Source: Pseudovirgaria hyperparasitica
Lineage: Eukaryota
Reading direction: 5' to 3' (one strand)
Length of the DNA stretch: 64,000 nucleotides
NCBI GenBank assembly: GCA_010093815.1
Contig: ML996569.1
Below are positions 61,133 through 64,000 of the stretch, piece by piece (position 1 is the stretch's first letter; each line of letters starts with the position of its first letter). A program made the translations under genes and the position numbers. The notes under the pieces are model-generated. The model worked only from the letters and a program-made list of their open reading frames with translations. It was not told where the DNA came from and did no database searches.

Positions 61133-64000
61133 TTATTCAACAGCCATATCGTCAGGTGCATCCACCTCCGCGTCGACGTACGTCTCCTTCGCCCCGTCGG
61201 CATCCCATTCGTGCATGACCTTTTTCCAGCCCAGCTCCTCAGTCGTGTCCTTGACTAGCTCGACGGTTGGGAAGTAGTGTTCGTTCTTCTTCATCGTTGC
61301 CACCCACGGTACATTGTCGAATGTCACAACCTTCAGGCGGAAGTATGTGTTGTCGGGGATCTTCTTGACCTCGGTGAGGAAACTCGACAAATCGGGAGTC
61401 TTGACACCGTTGACGTGTGTCAGGAAGTTCGTTGGCGCTAGACCGTACATGTAGGCTGGTGAGCCGCGCATGCGGCCTGATACATAGATGTCTGAGTGGA
61501 CTTTGCTGATCTGTTGACGGACGGCGTGGTGAGGGCGGTGCAAGATGGCGCCACAGAACAGAACGGCACGGTCAGTCTCGAGGTCCTCGGTGGCAACAGT
61601 TCGTACCCGAATGCGCACTTCCTCTCGTTTTCGGATCACTAGCGCATCCAGATAGTCGTTGTCATACATAATATCGAGATCAGATATCCGGGTGATAAGC
61701 TTGTCGTTCAAAGTGAGAATGACATCTCCCTCCTCAAGTCCATCGCTATGTCCTGAGTCCACTTTGCGGACCATGAAAAGCTGGTGACGCTCAGGATCCT
61801 CTTTCTCGACGCGTTCAATCCATTCTGTTGACATTGTAAGTCGATGTTACTACACTAAAAGTCACAAGAGTACATACCTTCGGAGCCACCAAAAATGCGG
61901 ACCTGGCTCATCTGGACTGTGTGCGTCTCGACATTAAGTATCCTCAGCTTTGGTGTGATCCCTTTCTGGATTTCCTTCAAGACAGGGAGCACCATTGGAC
62001 AGGAGAGACCTAAATGATACTCCATATCCTTGCCACTATGCTGTGATCGCTCACCGAGGTAGGTGAGCCATAGCGCCTGGACGGTACCGTCTTCAGACAC
62101 CAGTACGCCACTACCGCACTGCGACGCGAGTCCCGTGTCAACAGTGATGGCGTCCAGATTGATGGCACGGTATCTCGGAGTAGCCGCGCTGGCAGGAATC
62201 GCAACAGTTGTGATATCGGTGACAGAAGTTTTAGCTATGACAGGTCGAAGATTTGTGTTGAAGCCGAAGAAGATTGTTTCTTCTCCCTGCTTCATGAAAT
62301 CGGTCGATAGCTTTGGGGTTTTGACTGGGGCGTTGACCAATGATGTGTCATACTTTAGAATCGCATAGTTCTGGAGCGGATGCATGAAGACAACCTTGGC
62401 CTCGATAATGATCGAGTCGGCAATCGTCAAAGTGATGTCGCACAGGTTGTATGGAACAAGGGCTCGAGAAACAATTACAAGACCTTGTTCAGCATCTACT
62501 ACGAGGCCGTACCCGGTCTTCCTCGCTCGTGGAAACCCGTCGAGCTTGACCGGCATGGTCGCTGAGATCTTTACAAAGCTTCGAACGATATCATAAGCAT
62601 TGGCATATGATTTATTGCTCGCCATCTTTACAAAGTTGGCCTTTCTTGGAACTGGCGGGACAGGCGGAATAGCGTCGGCAAGCTCTTTGAAATCCCACAA
62701 GCCAGTCTTATCGTTCCTTGTCGCTAATCTCATCTTTGTGTTCCAGTGGCGATCAAGATAGACGATGCCAGTGTGGAGAGTGTGCAGGTCTCGCAAGTGC
62801 TTGTACGTGATGACAACGCGCGCTTTGTCTGGTATAGCTTTCATGACTTGTATGAAGGTGTCAAGATCTGGAGTTGGTTTATTGTCAATTGTCTGGACCA
62901 CCCAGCCAGAATCGCTGCCATCAAGCCTGAAAGAACCAGCGGATTCGCAAATGTAGACTCCAGCATCCTTCAGCGCAATGGCGTAGAGGCGGCCTTGTTG
63001 ATACGAAAGATCATGGAACGATGCCCCTGCGACAGACACAAAGCGGTCAGGAGTGATCGCGTGGAGGTCGCCGACATCGATTTCAACAGAAATGTTCTCG
63101 CCACCTCGTTGCACAAGAAGAGAGACTTTACCACCAACACTCTCGTCTAGAATTGAGTCCAACTGGACAAACTGTGTCAAAAGTTGCCCATTCACTTTCA
63201 CCAACAGGTCGCCTTCTTCCAATTTCTTGTCTGCAGGTCCCTTGGGCAGTACAACCTCAGCAACCAGCATGCCAGTCTCCTTGGGGAATGTTTTCCGTAC
63301 TTCCTTCTCCCAATCTTGCGTCAGTCCTAACCGCCGGCACTCGTCGAAAGCCTTCAGGAGCCATTGTACCTGTATAGTTCCCCGGGCGACCTCCTCGCCA
63401 TTCCGAATACAGTTCAAAGCTCTTAGGGGGCGATCCAAAGGCAAAAAGTAGTCTGTTGCAGCTCCATCTGACCTTCCACCAGCCTGTAGGGCCACTGCAT
63501 AGCCATCTTGATTTACCACAGGAGACCCAGAACTTCCACCGCTGGCAGCTGCAGCCGCTTGGATGTAGTTGGTGTTGAAATCGCTGTAGCCTTCACCGTA
63601 CTCCGGCGCATTCCTGTCCAGTCGACTGATAACTCCCGAAAGAATACTCAGCTTCTCTCCGGCGTCGTTACCGACGACTCGAATTTCTACACCAATTTTT
63701 GCTTGGTCCGGCCTCAACTCGAGCGCTTCCACTGGCATGTATTTGATGGCTTTGGGATCGAAGCGAAGGATTCCGAAATCGTGTACCGGATCGCGATAGA
63801 CAGGATGTACGTCGCATTCCTCATGGTTGTCGAAGATGCAATATCCCCAGAAAGGACCAGCACCTACAACATGCTACACACTATTAGTTTCGGTTCGACA
63901 CGGACGAAGCTTGATCTTACCCTGTTGGTAAGTATGAGACCCTTCTCTGCGTCCACCACGAATCCTGTAGCTTCGCTCGATATCGCCGCGTCCGTGTCAA
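61133..64000 (-). CDS. NMA111: HtrA-like nuclear serine protease Nma111/Ynm3 (5' end beyond the window)
   Basis: [31 protein letters not shown], catalytic [15 protein letters not shown]-like regions and [10 protein letters not shown]; introns ~63873-63921 and ~61826-61877. Confidence 0.96.

Overview
Gene-dense, intron-containing eukaryotic DNA from a filamentous ascomycete (Pezizomycotina; short ~50-nt GT-AG introns with CTRAC/CTAAC branch points). No prokaryotic features, CRISPR arrays, tRNA/rRNA genes or intact transposons were seen. I support 24 protein-coding loci. Most are conserved housekeeping genes: hexokinase, UTP20, CwfJ/Drn1, dCMP deaminase, ATG7, Lsm12-like, 6-phosphogluconate dehydrogenase (13 introns), RBM42-like, SSR4, SEC18/NSF, MAD1, an AlkB-GRF oxygenase and NMA111. 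Between them lie accessory-looking blocks. (i) ~9.4-16.7 kb: degenerate ORF-poor DNA, a frameshifted secreted Alt a 1-like protein missing from the ORF track, and an MFS permease. (ii) ~34.8-36.9 kb: a secreted Pro/Ser/Thr-rich protein and an AT-rich degenerate segment. (iii) ~45.9-52.4 kb: a secreted tyrosinase, a mini-catalase with the allene-oxide-synthase-type Thr-His distal motif, and a CorA-like membrane protein lacking the GMN motif. An Ayg1-like hydrolase, a partial F-box-like ORF at the left edge and a recurring GCCT[CG]AGGC promoter palindrome are also present. I found no unambiguous new biological system. The best leads are the tyrosinase/mini-catalase/CorA-like block, the broken Alt a 1-like gene, the promoter palindrome and several splicing oddities. 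All exon boundaries were read by hand and family calls rest on recalled motifs, not database searches.
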